Assembly (NCBI GenBank): GCA_016783505.1 | Contig: JADHWK010000001.1 | Coordinates: 1-64,000 of the forward strand | Direction of reading: 5' to 3' | Length of the DNA: 64,000 bases | Source: Candidatus Zhuqueibacterota bacterium | Lineage (GTDB): Bacteria; BS750m-G25 | In this document: positions 40,215 to 48,764 of the stretch, one piece after another | Position numbering within the stretch: position 1 is the first letter of the stretch | How the letters are laid out: each line of letters opens with the position of its first letter | Notes under the pieces: generated by a model | Database searches by the model: none | Told to the model about the DNA's origin: nothing | The model's input: the letters and a program-made list of their open reading frames with translations, nothing else | Position numbers and translations under genes: made by a program

Positions 40215-40530
40215 CAGGCCACTAAAGATGATCCCCGCATTACGGCGGTGGGCCGCTTCTTAAGGAAAACCAACTTGCCCCGATAATTCACAACCTAATA
40301 ATCACAGTTACCAATCATTTACATTAACTATGACATAGCTACCAAAATATTACCAATTAACGCATTAATTATCGGGGTTGGACGAGATTCCTCAGATCAT
40401 CAATGTATTCAAAGGAAACATGAGTTTAGTCGGTCCCCGTCCCCATATGCTGAAGCATACCGATCAATATCAGAAGCTAGTGCCCAAATACATGGTCCGC
40501 CATTTAGTAAAACCCGGCATGACCGGGTGA
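40215..40530 (+). pseudogene. wcaJ fragment A (QATKDDPR...PGMTG), interrupted by a MITE
   Basis: Aligns with 35295-35504 over 70 codons. Confidence 0.92.
40278..40377. mobile_element. 100-bp MITE, copy A
   Basis: Perfect 11-bp TIR ccccgataatt/aattatcgggg; ttg duplicated on both sides; intact wcaJ shows the empty site. Confidence 0.9.
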
Positions 40531-40590
40531 AAATTAAAAACTAGAAAGCAGAAAGAAGACTTTTTGATCTGGGGACAAAGAGAATAAAAG

Positions 40591-40848
40591 GTGAAAAGTA
40601 TTGACTATACACGCCATGCCAGAAATAAGTTTGATATCCTGAAACGGCATGGCTTTGAGGTGACTCCAGATCAGGTTGAGGAAACTGTATTGAACCCTGA
40701 AAAGGTGATCCCACAGCCAGGCGGCAGATTCATCGCCCAGAAAGGGATCACCGAGCGGCACGTGCTACGGGCTGTGTACCGGGAGGAAGAAGAGACACGT
40801 AAGGTGATCACTTTTTACCCAGGAAGGAGAGAGCGTTATGAAACTTAA
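40591..40848 (+). CDS. DUF4258-like toxin candidate
   Basis: YTRHARNK, VLNPE, HVLRAVY, VITFYP. Confidence 0.75.
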   Translation: MKSIDYTRHARNKFDILKRHGFEVTPDQVEETVLNPEKVIPQPGGRFIAQKGITERHVLRAVYREEEETRKVITFYPGRRERYET

Positions 40849-41059
40849 CTATGATCGAGAAGAAGACATCTTGATGATTGAAACAACCCCTGAAGGCACC
40901 ATTGATCACGCTGAGCACACGGGGCCGTTCATAGCGCATTTCAGTCGGGATGGGCAACTCTTGTTATTGGAAATTCTCGATGCCAGTGAATTTCTGTCCT
41001 CGCTGATTAAGGCCACCCTTCGCGGGCAGGAACAAGAACTACCATTTACTGTTGGATAG
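40838..41059 (+). CDS. DUF2283-like antitoxin candidate
   Basis: MKLNYDREEDILMI...DGQLLLLEILDAS. Confidence 0.8.
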   Translation: MKLNYDREEDILMIETTPEGTIDHAEHTGPFIAHFSRDGQLLLLEILDASEFLSSLIKATLRGQEQELPFTVG

Positions 41060-41064
41060 AAAAC

Positions 41065-41430
41065 GCAGACTGAAGCAGCAACGGCTGGACCAAAACGAGG
41101 CCATTGGGGCCAGTCTTCAAAATAAAGGACGATCCACGAGTTACGCAGGTAGGCTATTTTTTAAGGAAAACCAACTTGCCCCGATAATTCACAACCTAAT
41201 AATCACAGTTACCAATCATTTACATTAACTATGACATAGCTACCAAAATATTACCAATTAACGCATTAATTATCGGGGTTGGATGAGATTCCCCAGATCA
41301 TCAATGTATTCAAAGGAAACATGAGCTTAGTCGGTCCCCGGCCCCATATGCTTATGCATACCGATCAATATCAGAAGCTGGTGCCCAAATACATGGTACG
41401 TCATTTGGTAAAACCCGGCATGACAGGCTG
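41065..41430 (+). pseudogene. Chimeric sugar-transferase fragment B, interrupted by a MITE
   Basis: Left part GPVFKIKDDPRVTQVG (non-wcaJ paralog type); right part wcaJ-like through PGMTGW. Confidence 0.85.
41179..41278. mobile_element. 100-bp MITE, copy B (identical to copy A, same site)
   Basis: Base-by-base identical to 40278-40377; ttg duplicated on both sides. Confidence 0.9.
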
Positions 41431-41620
41431 GAAGGTAGAAATTAAAAACTTGAAATCAGAAACTGGAAGTATGAAAAGAATTCGAAAGGAAAATCACTGT
41501 TATCTTAGATTTTCTCCCGAGACTTCGGGACAAGTTTCAAGTTTCTAATTTTAAAGTGGGTGGTGGTCAAGGGGCAGGCCTGCTCGCCCCTTTTCAAAAA
41601 GGTAATGTCTTTGCACAATT

Positions 41621-41645
41621 GGAGGCGAGCCTGCTCGCCTTTTTT
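41621..41645 (+). terminator. Rho-independent terminator-like hairpin, with a partial tandem copy at 41571-41605
   Basis: aggcgag-cctg-ctcgcct followed by a T-run; gcctgctcgcc..tttcaaaaaggta occurs twice. Confidence 0.45.
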
Positions 41646-41802
41646 CAAAAAGGTAGGGTTACTGTTGACGAGGTGTTAGAAGAGATCAGGAAACAGGCTC
41701 AGGAAAAGATCAATGGCTGAACGGCCTTTGGGGCAATGGTCTGAAAGTTACATCTTTTAAAAAACAAAAAATTAACTTGATTAGTATTGTTCATTTTGTT
41801 CG

Positions 41803-41975
41803 TTGCAAAAGAAAGGAGTCAAAACGAACATTGCTGTTGTTGGAATTGGATATTGGGGACCAAATTTGGTTAGAAATTGTGTGGAGAATCTTGACATCAA
41901 GGATGTTTATGCCGTAGATATTGATCCATCCCGGTTAGAATTTATCAAGTCAAAGTATAATTCCGTTATTATCGT
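41803..41975 (+). pseudogene. N-terminal fragment of a Gfo/Idh/MocA oxidoreductase
   Basis: IAVVGIGYWGPNLVRN...VDID; truncated at a palindromic element near 41995. Confidence 0.8.
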
Positions 41976-42097
41976 TGAGCCCGGTAATATTGAGATTAAC
42001 CCACAGTTTTAACGGTGGGATTAAGCTGTAAGAAATCAATTTTCAACCCCTTTAGGGGTTTTTAAAGAAGGTTCAGCGTTATAATGCGGAGATATTT

Positions 42098-42232
42098 ATG
42101 AATGTTCCATTTCTTGATTTAAAAGCCCAGTTACTAAAGATCAGATCAGAAATACAAAAACGATTTTCAGAAATCATAGATAATACATCCTTTGTCTGTG
42201 GAAAAGGAGTGGCAGAGTTTGAAGATAATTTT
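42098..42232 (+). pseudogene. 135-bp duplicate of the 5' end of the degT-like gene at 43222
   Basis: Near-identical to 43222-43356. Confidence 0.92.
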
Positions 42233-42331
42233 AAAGCGATCCGATACCGTTAGTTAAGCGCCCGACTGATTTTGACCTTTTTGCAATAAACCCATTTATC
42301 CTCCGAAATTTTTCAGCAGGATAAATATTAA

Positions 42332-42634
42332 ATGAAACATCTTCCTATTTTCTTAAGTAAGTATTTCTGGGAGGTAGATTTTGCATCCCTTGATGCAGAA
42401 AAATACCCTAAATATGTCATCGAAAGGATATTAGAGTATGGGGATATTAAGGCAATTCGGTGGATGAAGAAAAATTTCAGTCTTGATGAGATTAAAAATG
42501 TCCTGTATAACACAAGGGGACTGACTTTAAGAAGTGCCACCTTTTGGGCAATAGTTTTGGGAATACCAAAAAAGAGTATCAAATGTTTGAGCAAGCCCTA
42601 TCTGGAAATACGAAAACTGTTCTGGCCTTATTAG
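42332..42634 (+). CDS. DUF6922-like antitoxin partner
   Basis: YFWEVD...LD......YVIERILEYGD motif. Confidence 0.75.
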   Translation: MKHLPIFLSKYFWEVDFASLDAEKYPKYVIERILEYGDIKAIRWMKKNFSLDEIKNVLYNTRGLTLRSATFWAIVLGIPKKSIKCLSKPYLEIRKLFWPY

Positions 42635-43221
42635 GAGACTCAGATGTTTTAGCTTATTCCTATCTTGCCGGTGGAACAGGAATAGCTCTTCAACTTGGTC
42701 ATAGAATATCAATAGACCTTGACTTCTTCACTCCTGAGGAGTTTGATATTGATGCTCTTGTTAAAAGACTTAATGAAATAAACCAGTTTACACTTGAGGA
42801 AAAAAAATGGGGAACCGTAACGGGTGAGTTTGGCGAAGTGAAGTTTAGCATTTTTGTCTACCAGTATCCAGTAATTTTGCCCTTCAAATCATTTCTCAAA
42901 GTAAATATTATGGATGTTCGTGAAATTGCGGCGATGAAACTAGAAGCAATTGCAACGAGGGGAAAGAAGCGGGATTTCATTGACCTTTATTTTGTCGTGC
43001 AGGGAATTGAAGGACTTAAAGGCATTCTTTCGCTGTATAATAAGAAATACGGAAAATTTGGGAACAAAATGGTTCATATTATGAAAGGCCTTACCTATTT
43101 TGAAGATGCCGAGGCGGAGGAGTTACCAAGAATGTTAGTCCCGGTGGATTGGAAAGAGGTAAAGAGATTCTTTGAAGAAGAGGTCAGAAAAATAGGAAGG
43201 GAGTTCTTGGAAGGAGGTTAA
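42583..43221 (+). CDS. AbiEii/AbiGii-like nucleotidyltransferase toxin
   Basis: YLAGGTGIALQLGHRISIDLDFF, AAMKL.AI..RG.KRDFIDLY. Confidence 0.88.
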   Translation: MFEQALSGNTKTVLALLGDSDVLAYSYLAGGTGIALQLGHRISIDLDFFTPEEFDIDALVKRLNEINQFTLEEKKWGTVTGEFGEVKFSIFVYQYPVILPFKSFLKVNIMDVREIAAMKLEAIATRGKKRDFIDLYFVVQGIEGLKGILSLYNKKYGKFGNKMVHIMKGLTYFEDAEAEELPRMLVPVDWKEVKRFFEEEVRKIGREFLEGG

Positions 43222-44313
43222 ATGCAAGTTCCATTTCTTGATTTAAAAAGCCAGTTACCAAAAATCAGATCAGAAATACAAAATCGGTTTTCAGAAATCA
43301 TAGATAATACATCCTTTGTCTGTGGAAAAGGAGTGGCAGAGTTTGAAGATAATTTTTCTAAACTTCACGGAGTGAAGTATACAGTCGGTATAAGTTCAGG
43401 CACAGACGGCAATCATTTAGCCATGTTATGTTTAGGAATTGGAGCCAATGACGAAGTCGTTGTTCCTGTCAATACATTTATTGCCACAGCAGAGGGTATA
43501 TCGCATGCAGGGGCCACACCGATTTTTTTAGATGTAAATGAGAAATCATTTAACATAGATGTAAACAAAATTGAACAGTCAATTACCCCAAAAACTAAAG
43601 CCATTAATCCGGTTCATCTATTTGGTAAACCGGCTGAAATGCAAACAATTCTTTAAATTGCAGAGAAATATAACCTTAAGGTAATTGAGGACGCTGCCCA
43701 GGCCCATACGGCTTCTTATAATAATAAAAAAGTAGAAAATTTAGGGGATGTGGCCTCATGGCCTTTTTATTCCGGGAAAAATCTCGGTGCCTGGGGTGAA
43801 GCCGGAGCTATTACTACAAATAGCGAAGAGATTAATAAAAAAGCAAAAGATTTACGCGATCATGGCTCTGATAAAAAATATTACCATGATTTAATAGGTC
43901 ATAACTATCGTATGTCTGAATTTCAAGCCGCTGTCCTCAATGTAAAAATGAAATACATTGAAGAATGGACAGAAATGCGAAGATCGAATGCCAAAAAATA
44001 TTATGAGCATTTAAAGGATATAGGACAAGTAATAACCCCAGTTGAAATGGACGGCGTCCGACATATATACCATTTATATGTAATCAGAGCACCAAATCGT
44101 GATAAGCTTCAGGATTTTTTAAAGGAAAATGGAATCGCTACAGGTTTACATTATCCTATACATTTGCACCTTACAGGGGCTTATTCGCGTCTTGGCTACA
44201 AAAAAGGCGACTTCCCTGTTGCAGAAAAGTTAGCAGATGAAATTCTTTCACTCCAAATGTATCCAGAATTGTCCGAAGAACAGACAGATTATGTATGTGA
44301 AAAAATAAAATAA
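43222..44313 (+). pseudogene. DegT-family aminotransferase with internal stop
   Basis: In-frame TAA at 43654-43656; the frame continues IAEKYNLKVIEDAAQAH...GKNLGAWGEAG. Confidence 0.88.
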
Positions 44314-44519
44314 TTTTATTGTAACCTATAATTGCATAGTATTCTAAGAACCATAACTTTTGCCATAAGGGGGATTGGAACGTTTTAATCAGAAACTAGA
44401 AACTTGTCCCGAAGTCTCGGGATGAAATCTGAAACTAGAAAAAAGAAACTAGAGGCGTATTGAAATTCAGGGAGAATAGGAAGAAATAGATCGATGGATA
44501 AGAAAAGAAATGGGTAAAT

Positions 44520-44670
44520 GCCCCCCTGGGAGCGTAGCCTCCTACCCTAGTCGCAAAGCGATCTTGCCTGCCCGTGGCCGGGCTACGGCCAGGGGGACCG
44601 GGCACGGCGGACCGGTCGGCCTGCCCGGCCAGGGAGACCCGCCTAGGGGCAGGTAAGGCCCGTCTGGGGA
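44520..44670. repeat. GC-rich nested palindromic insertion in an 8-mer tract
   Basis: Abrupt GC-rich block with tggcc/ggcca, cctgccc/gggcagg and gcccgtctggg motifs, between ATGGATAA-type repeats. Confidence 0.55.
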
Positions 44671-44773
44671 TAAGTGGATAGATGGACAAGTGGATTTTTT
44701 GTTGTAAATTAACAATAAGAAAATTAAAAGAGGGAACCGAAGGGGGCTTTTTTACCAATAGGAGGATACAATT

Positions 44774-45058
44774 ATGAGTACAGAAAGCAAATCAAGGAAA
44801 ATGTCCAAAGAGGAGTTTACCCAGAAAGTAAACAGCCTTGAGCTGTCGCCCGATAAGGCTATCGCAAAGCTAGCCGAACAGCTTTATAAGTATGAGAAGA
44901 AATATAATCTACGTTCGGAGATATTCTACAAGCTAATCGTAGGTACGCCTGCCGAGGACACCCCGGATTTCATTGCATGGGCTATATGTTATAGAACTTA
45001 CTTCCGCACGCTTCAATCAAAGTTGTCCATTGAGGAGGTCGGTACTGGTGTTGTATGA
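44774..45058 (+). CDS. Antitoxin candidate (TumA-like)
   Basis: L..YEKKYNL.SE.FY.........DF..W pattern; AGGAGG RBS. Confidence 0.6.
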   Translation: MSTESKSRKMSKEEFTQKVNSLELSPDKAIAKLAEQLYKYEKKYNLRSEIFYKLIVGTPAEDTPDFIAWAICYRTYFRTLQSKLSIEEVGTGVV

Positions 45059-45494
45059 TTCCTACCAGCGGAGGCTGATTATTGATCGCTGTTGGCTGAT
45101 TTATGATCTTATTACGGAGACATTCGCTGTTCCACACCAGTTTCACATCGATTTTCCTTTAATGGTGGAGGTTGCTTTGATCTCCGGCTATCTTCAGGTT
45201 CTTGTGGAGATTAGTCGAAAAGGTCATTTGTTACATATCCACGAGGAATACGATTTTAGAAACCACGAGCTTGTAATCAGGGTCTACAGCTATAACCTTT
45301 TGCATAAAAGCAAACACAATATCATCCGGGCTGACCCCCTTCCCCACTATCGAGTTGATTATAGACGTCGCAAGCTGGCGCATTTTCCTCATCATCTGCA
45401 CGAGGAAAAAGGAAGGATTTGTTCATTCAGCGGTCAAATAGAAGATTTTGTGAAACGAGTGGCAGCAGTTCTGGAGAGTGAATCTCAGAATTGA
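45048..45494 (+). CDS. DUF6516/TumE-like toxin candidate
   Basis: YSYN......IIRADPLPHY......FPHHLH motif; GTG start overlapping the antitoxin. Confidence 0.65.
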   Translation: MLYDSYQRRLIIDRCWLIYDLITETFAVPHQFHIDFPLMVEVALISGYLQVLVEISRKGHLLHIHEEYDFRNHELVIRVYSYNLLHKSKHNIIRADPLPHYRVDYRRRKLAHFPHHLHEEKGRICSFSGQIEDFVKRVAAVLESESQN

Positions 45495-45505
45495 AGTCAA
45501 AACCG

Positions 45506-45718
45506 ATGGATCTTGTAAAGACGCCTGAAAAGCATATTGATATCGAGAATTTTATAGAGCCTGAAGATCCTAAACAATCTAAAGACCCAAAGGTATATGT
45601 CCAATCAACCTTTTTCGAAAAGATAAATTCTTTACCATTGTTTGGAATGATGAACTTAAGATGCAAGAGTGAAAAAGTACGTAAAAAGTACCATAAGCTA
45701 TTAATACAAGAAGATTAA
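45506..45718 (+). CDS. Small hypothetical protein
   Basis: Open frame only; no recognised motif. Confidence 0.3.
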   Translation: MDLVKTPEKHIDIENFIEPEDPKQSKDPKVYVQSTFFEKINSLPLFGMMNLRCKSEKVRKKYHKLLIQED

Positions 45719-46141
45719 GTTGTTTTGAAATCAGAAACCTGAAAATAAAAGTATGAAAAAAATATAATGACAATTTTCTATCCAACTTCGACCTTTCCCA
45801 AAGGAATCCCGAGACTTCGGGACAAATTTCTAGTTTCCAGTTTCGATGTTTCTAGTCTCAAAATAATGGAGCTGAAATAGAAATGGAAGGAAAAGAAAAA
45901 ATTTTAAATTTTCCAGCTCTGTGGAAATATCTTGCTGACCCCATATTATTGAAAAATAGGTTCCAATGCATTAAAAATAAAGGAATTAAATCGATCCTTG
46001 TTTGAAACAAGTGGATGTCTTTATTATTCAGAACCTTAACGTTGGCTTATTAGTAACTTTTTCAATAAAATAGGGACATTAGGTTAAATTCCAGGAGAAC
46101 CATAATATTAATGTTTCAAATCTTGCCATGATAACCTCAAT

Positions 46142-46165
46142 AAAAAAGCCCCTCGAAAGGGGCTT
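46142..46165 (-). terminator. Rho-independent terminator after tRNA-fMet
   Basis: Minus strand aagcccct-ttcg-aggggctttttt. Confidence 0.85.
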
Positions 46166-46176
46166 AAATTTTATTG

Positions 46177-46250
<74 letters not shown>

Positions 46251-46258
46251 TTATATTA

Positions 46259-46287
46259 AATTTAACAATTTTTAATTCAAAAGTCAA
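46259..46287 (-). promoter_or_regulatory. Sigma70-like promoter of tRNA-fMet
   Basis: TTGACT-17 bp-TAAATT with an extended TG, ending 8 bp before the tRNA. Confidence 0.65.
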
Positions 46288-47510
46288 GATTTTTTATCGT
46301 TTTTTACTCTGGTAATTAAAATAATCTGCGGTCTTCTTTCCGAGGTCTTTAGAGTGGTAAATTGATAGTTCTCCCAGGTGATCCTCTGCTTGGTTCTGGG
46401 TATCTCCCCCAATTGGCTGGTTATGAACCCGCTCAAAGTGCGGTAGTTCCCATGGGGGAGGGAAATTCCCAATTGCGAGTGCACATCCTGGACCCGCATC
46501 CGGGCACTAACAACCACCTTCCCCTCCTTGATCTTCCAATACCCCTTATAGACCCGGTCAAACTCATCTTCAATGGTCCCGAAGAGCACCTCAAGGACAT
46601 CCTCGAGGGTCACCAACCCCGCGGTTCCCCCGTATTCGTCCACGGCAATGACAACGGTGGACCGGCTTTTCCGCATCTCCCGGAAGAGGAGTCCGATGGA
46701 CTTGAACCCCGATACAAATTTGACCCCCCGCATAATTTCGTTCAACTGAACCGGCCCTTTAAACATATCCTTTGCGAATACCATTCCCCTTATGTGATCA
46801 ATATCCCTCTCATACACTGGGAGCTTGGTATAGCCCGATTGCAAGAAGGTCATCTTGACCTGAGAAAGGGGTGTTTCTAAATCCAGACTCACAATTTCAG
46901 CCCGGGGGGTCATAATATCCCTAACCGACATCCCTGCCAAACCGAGCACTCTCGATATAATCTTCTCTTCTTGCTTTCCCAAGCCTCCCCCCTCCCGGGC
47001 GGCCTGAAACACGTATTTTAGATCCCGGCGGGTAAACACCGTATTTCTCATGTCCCGGTCCAAATTAAAAAGTCCGCTTAGCCGCCTGGATATGGAAGCT
47101 GTCACCTTCACAACCGGAAACAGAACGGCATATACCACCCAAAAGGGAAAGACCAGCCCCAAAAGGGCCCGGTCGGCCATTTCACGAAACAGACTTTTAG
47201 GAATGATCTCACCCACAACCAGTATAAAGCAAGAAACGAGGACCAAAATAAGACCCTCCGAGAGACCCCATACCTTCATGGTGATAGTAGCCAGGGAAGA
47301 GAAGGCGACCAAGGCGATGTTGTTTCCCACTAAGATAGTGGATAGAAAATTATCCGGCCTTTGTAGAAACCGGCCTATAAGCTTAGCTCCCCTCCTTTGT
47401 TTACGCTCCCAGATCTTTATTCGATAGCGGTCTGCGGCTAAGAAGCTGATTTCAGTGGCGGAGAAAAAAGCCGATAGGAGAAGAAGCAAACTGAGCCATA
47501 TCCATATCAT
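46284..47510 (-). CDS. CNNM/hemolysin-family protein (DUF21-CBS-CorC)
   Basis: SAFFSATE, ILVGNN, GEIIPK, IMTPR, VDEYGGTAGLVTLED. Confidence 0.92.
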   Translation of the reverse strand: MIWIWLSLLLLLSAFFSATEISFLAADRYRIKIWERKQRRGAKLIGRFLQRPDNFLSTILVGNNIALVAFSSLATITMKVWGLSEGLILVLVSCFILVVGEIIPKSLFREMADRALLGLVFPFWVVYAVLFPVVKVTASISRRLSGLFNLDRDMRNTVFTRRDLKYVFQAAREGGGLGKQEEKIISRVLGLAGMSVRDIMTPRAEIVSLDLETPLSQVKMTFLQSGYTKLPVYERDIDHIRGMVFAKDMFKGPVQLNEIMRGVKFVSGFKSIGLLFREMRKSRSTVVIAVDEYGGTAGLVTLEDVLEVLFGTIEDEFDRVYKGYWKIKEGKVVVSARMRVQDVHSQLGISLPHGNYRTLSGFITSQLGEIPRTKQRITWENYQFTTLKTSERRPQIILITRVKNDKKS

Positions 47511-47592
47511 CTAATCTTCACCCCCCCGAAAAAACTGTTTTCCCAATTAAGGATTTTCGGAAAACCACCCGACAAACAGCCTCTCCCCTATT

Positions 47593-48219
47593 TCAGATGT
47601 CGAAACGCTTTCCCGGTTCCCATTCCACCGCTCCGCGGCACAGGTTCATCAGCATCTCCTTAAGTTCGGTCTTCTTCTCCGGGGGAATAGCGACGAGCAT
47701 GCTGACCCGCCTGTCCTGTTGAATCTCATTGACTTCCCCACCAAACCGGGATACCAGACCCTGCACCCTGGAAACATAGGGATGGTCAAATCTGACCCTT
47801 ACCCCCTCCAAAATTTTCATGGGATGAAGAGAACACTGTTCAAGGGTGGCAGCGGCACACCGGTGGTAGGCCCGGACTAATCCCCCCTTGCCCAGTTTCG
47901 TCCCCCCGAAGTAGCGGATGACGATCACCAGAGTGTTCGTTAAGTGTCTCCTTTCAATAGCCTGTAAAATGGGAATCCCCGCCGTCCCTGAGGGCTCCCC
48001 ATCGTCGTGATAACGCAAAACCCTGCCCTCCCCCGCCCCAAGCCAGTAGGCACAGGGACGGTGGCTGGCATGGTGATACTCCCGGGTCAATGCTTTGATA
48101 AGGGATAAGGCCTCCTCCGGAGTAGCGACCGGAAAGGCCCTACCGATAAAACGGGACCCCTTCACCCTGATCTCGGCTGAGCACCCTACTTTTATCGTGA
48201 AATACTTACCATTTATCAT
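47593..48219 (-). CDS. yigZ: YigZ/IMPACT family protein
   Basis: KGSRFI, DDGEPSGTAG, VIRYFGGTKLGKGGLVRAY. Confidence 0.92.
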   Translation of the reverse strand: MINGKYFTIKVGCSAEIRVKGSRFIGRAFPVATPEEALSLIKALTREYHHASHRPCAYWLGAGEGRVLRYHDDGEPSGTAGIPILQAIERRHLTNTLVIVIRYFGGTKLGKGGLVRAYHRCAAATLEQCSLHPMKILEGVRVRFDHPYVSRVQGLVSRFGGEVNEIQQDRRVSMLVAIPPEKKTELKEMLMNLCRGAVEWEPGKRFDI

Positions 48220-48283
48220 TATAACAATTTAATTCTTTTTCGGCCAAAAATCAAGAACAAAAAGGGCCGTAGGTGACCAACAC

Positions 48284-48308
48284 AAAAAACCGGTCTTGAA
48301 AGGCCGGT
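48284..48308 (-). terminator. Rho-independent terminator candidate
   Basis: Minus strand accggcctttcaagaccggtttttt. Confidence 0.55.
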
Positions 48309-48764
48309 AGAGTTGAAACATGTAAGATATTACTATTTTTTTTGAGGGATACAAAGGCCCTGCCTTTGCATAATAGCCAATTCAGAACCGATAGGTCAAA
48401 TTCAACAGTTCAAGCGATAAAACGTCCCTTTTTCGTGTGAGATCAACAGAAAGATTACACCCACTTCAGAGACTGCCAAAGCAGCCTGGCAGAAGATCTA
48501 GGAAAGGATAACATAGGCAACAAGTATGGGCAATCTACGAGACACGATCATCTGTAAAACAATTGGATATATGGATGGTTGGATAAATGCCAAATTTGGT
48601 TATTGGGAGTATTCTCCGGTATAAGGATAAATGGAAATTGGTTCATGAACTGATAATGTCTCAGACCAAGATTTTTCTGGTTTGCTATTCTTATCCACTT
48701 ATCCATCTATCCATTTCTTTTCTATTCCTCTTTTTCCCTTATCTTCCCTTCCTCATTCCCCCCT

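Noticed and set aside
35295-41430. Diversity-generating retroelement (Avd-like gene plus repeats)
   Set aside because: No reverse transcriptase; differences between copies are synonymous third-position changes, not adenine-specific.
43654-43656. Programmed readthrough or selenocysteine in degT
   Set aside because: The stop is TAA, and the catalytic region is also degenerate (WPFYSGKN vs SFYPGKN), so it is a pseudogene.
44435-44758. Minus-strand 107-aa ORF (also 36757-37284 and 38864-39183)
   Set aside because: Translations of repeat or palindrome DNA, or antisense to a real gene.
35672-45860. Integron or CALIN cassette array
   Set aside because: No intI and no recurring RYYYAAC...GTTRRRY attC structure seen by eye; spacers are gene fragments. 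A covariance-model search is still needed to exclude it formally.
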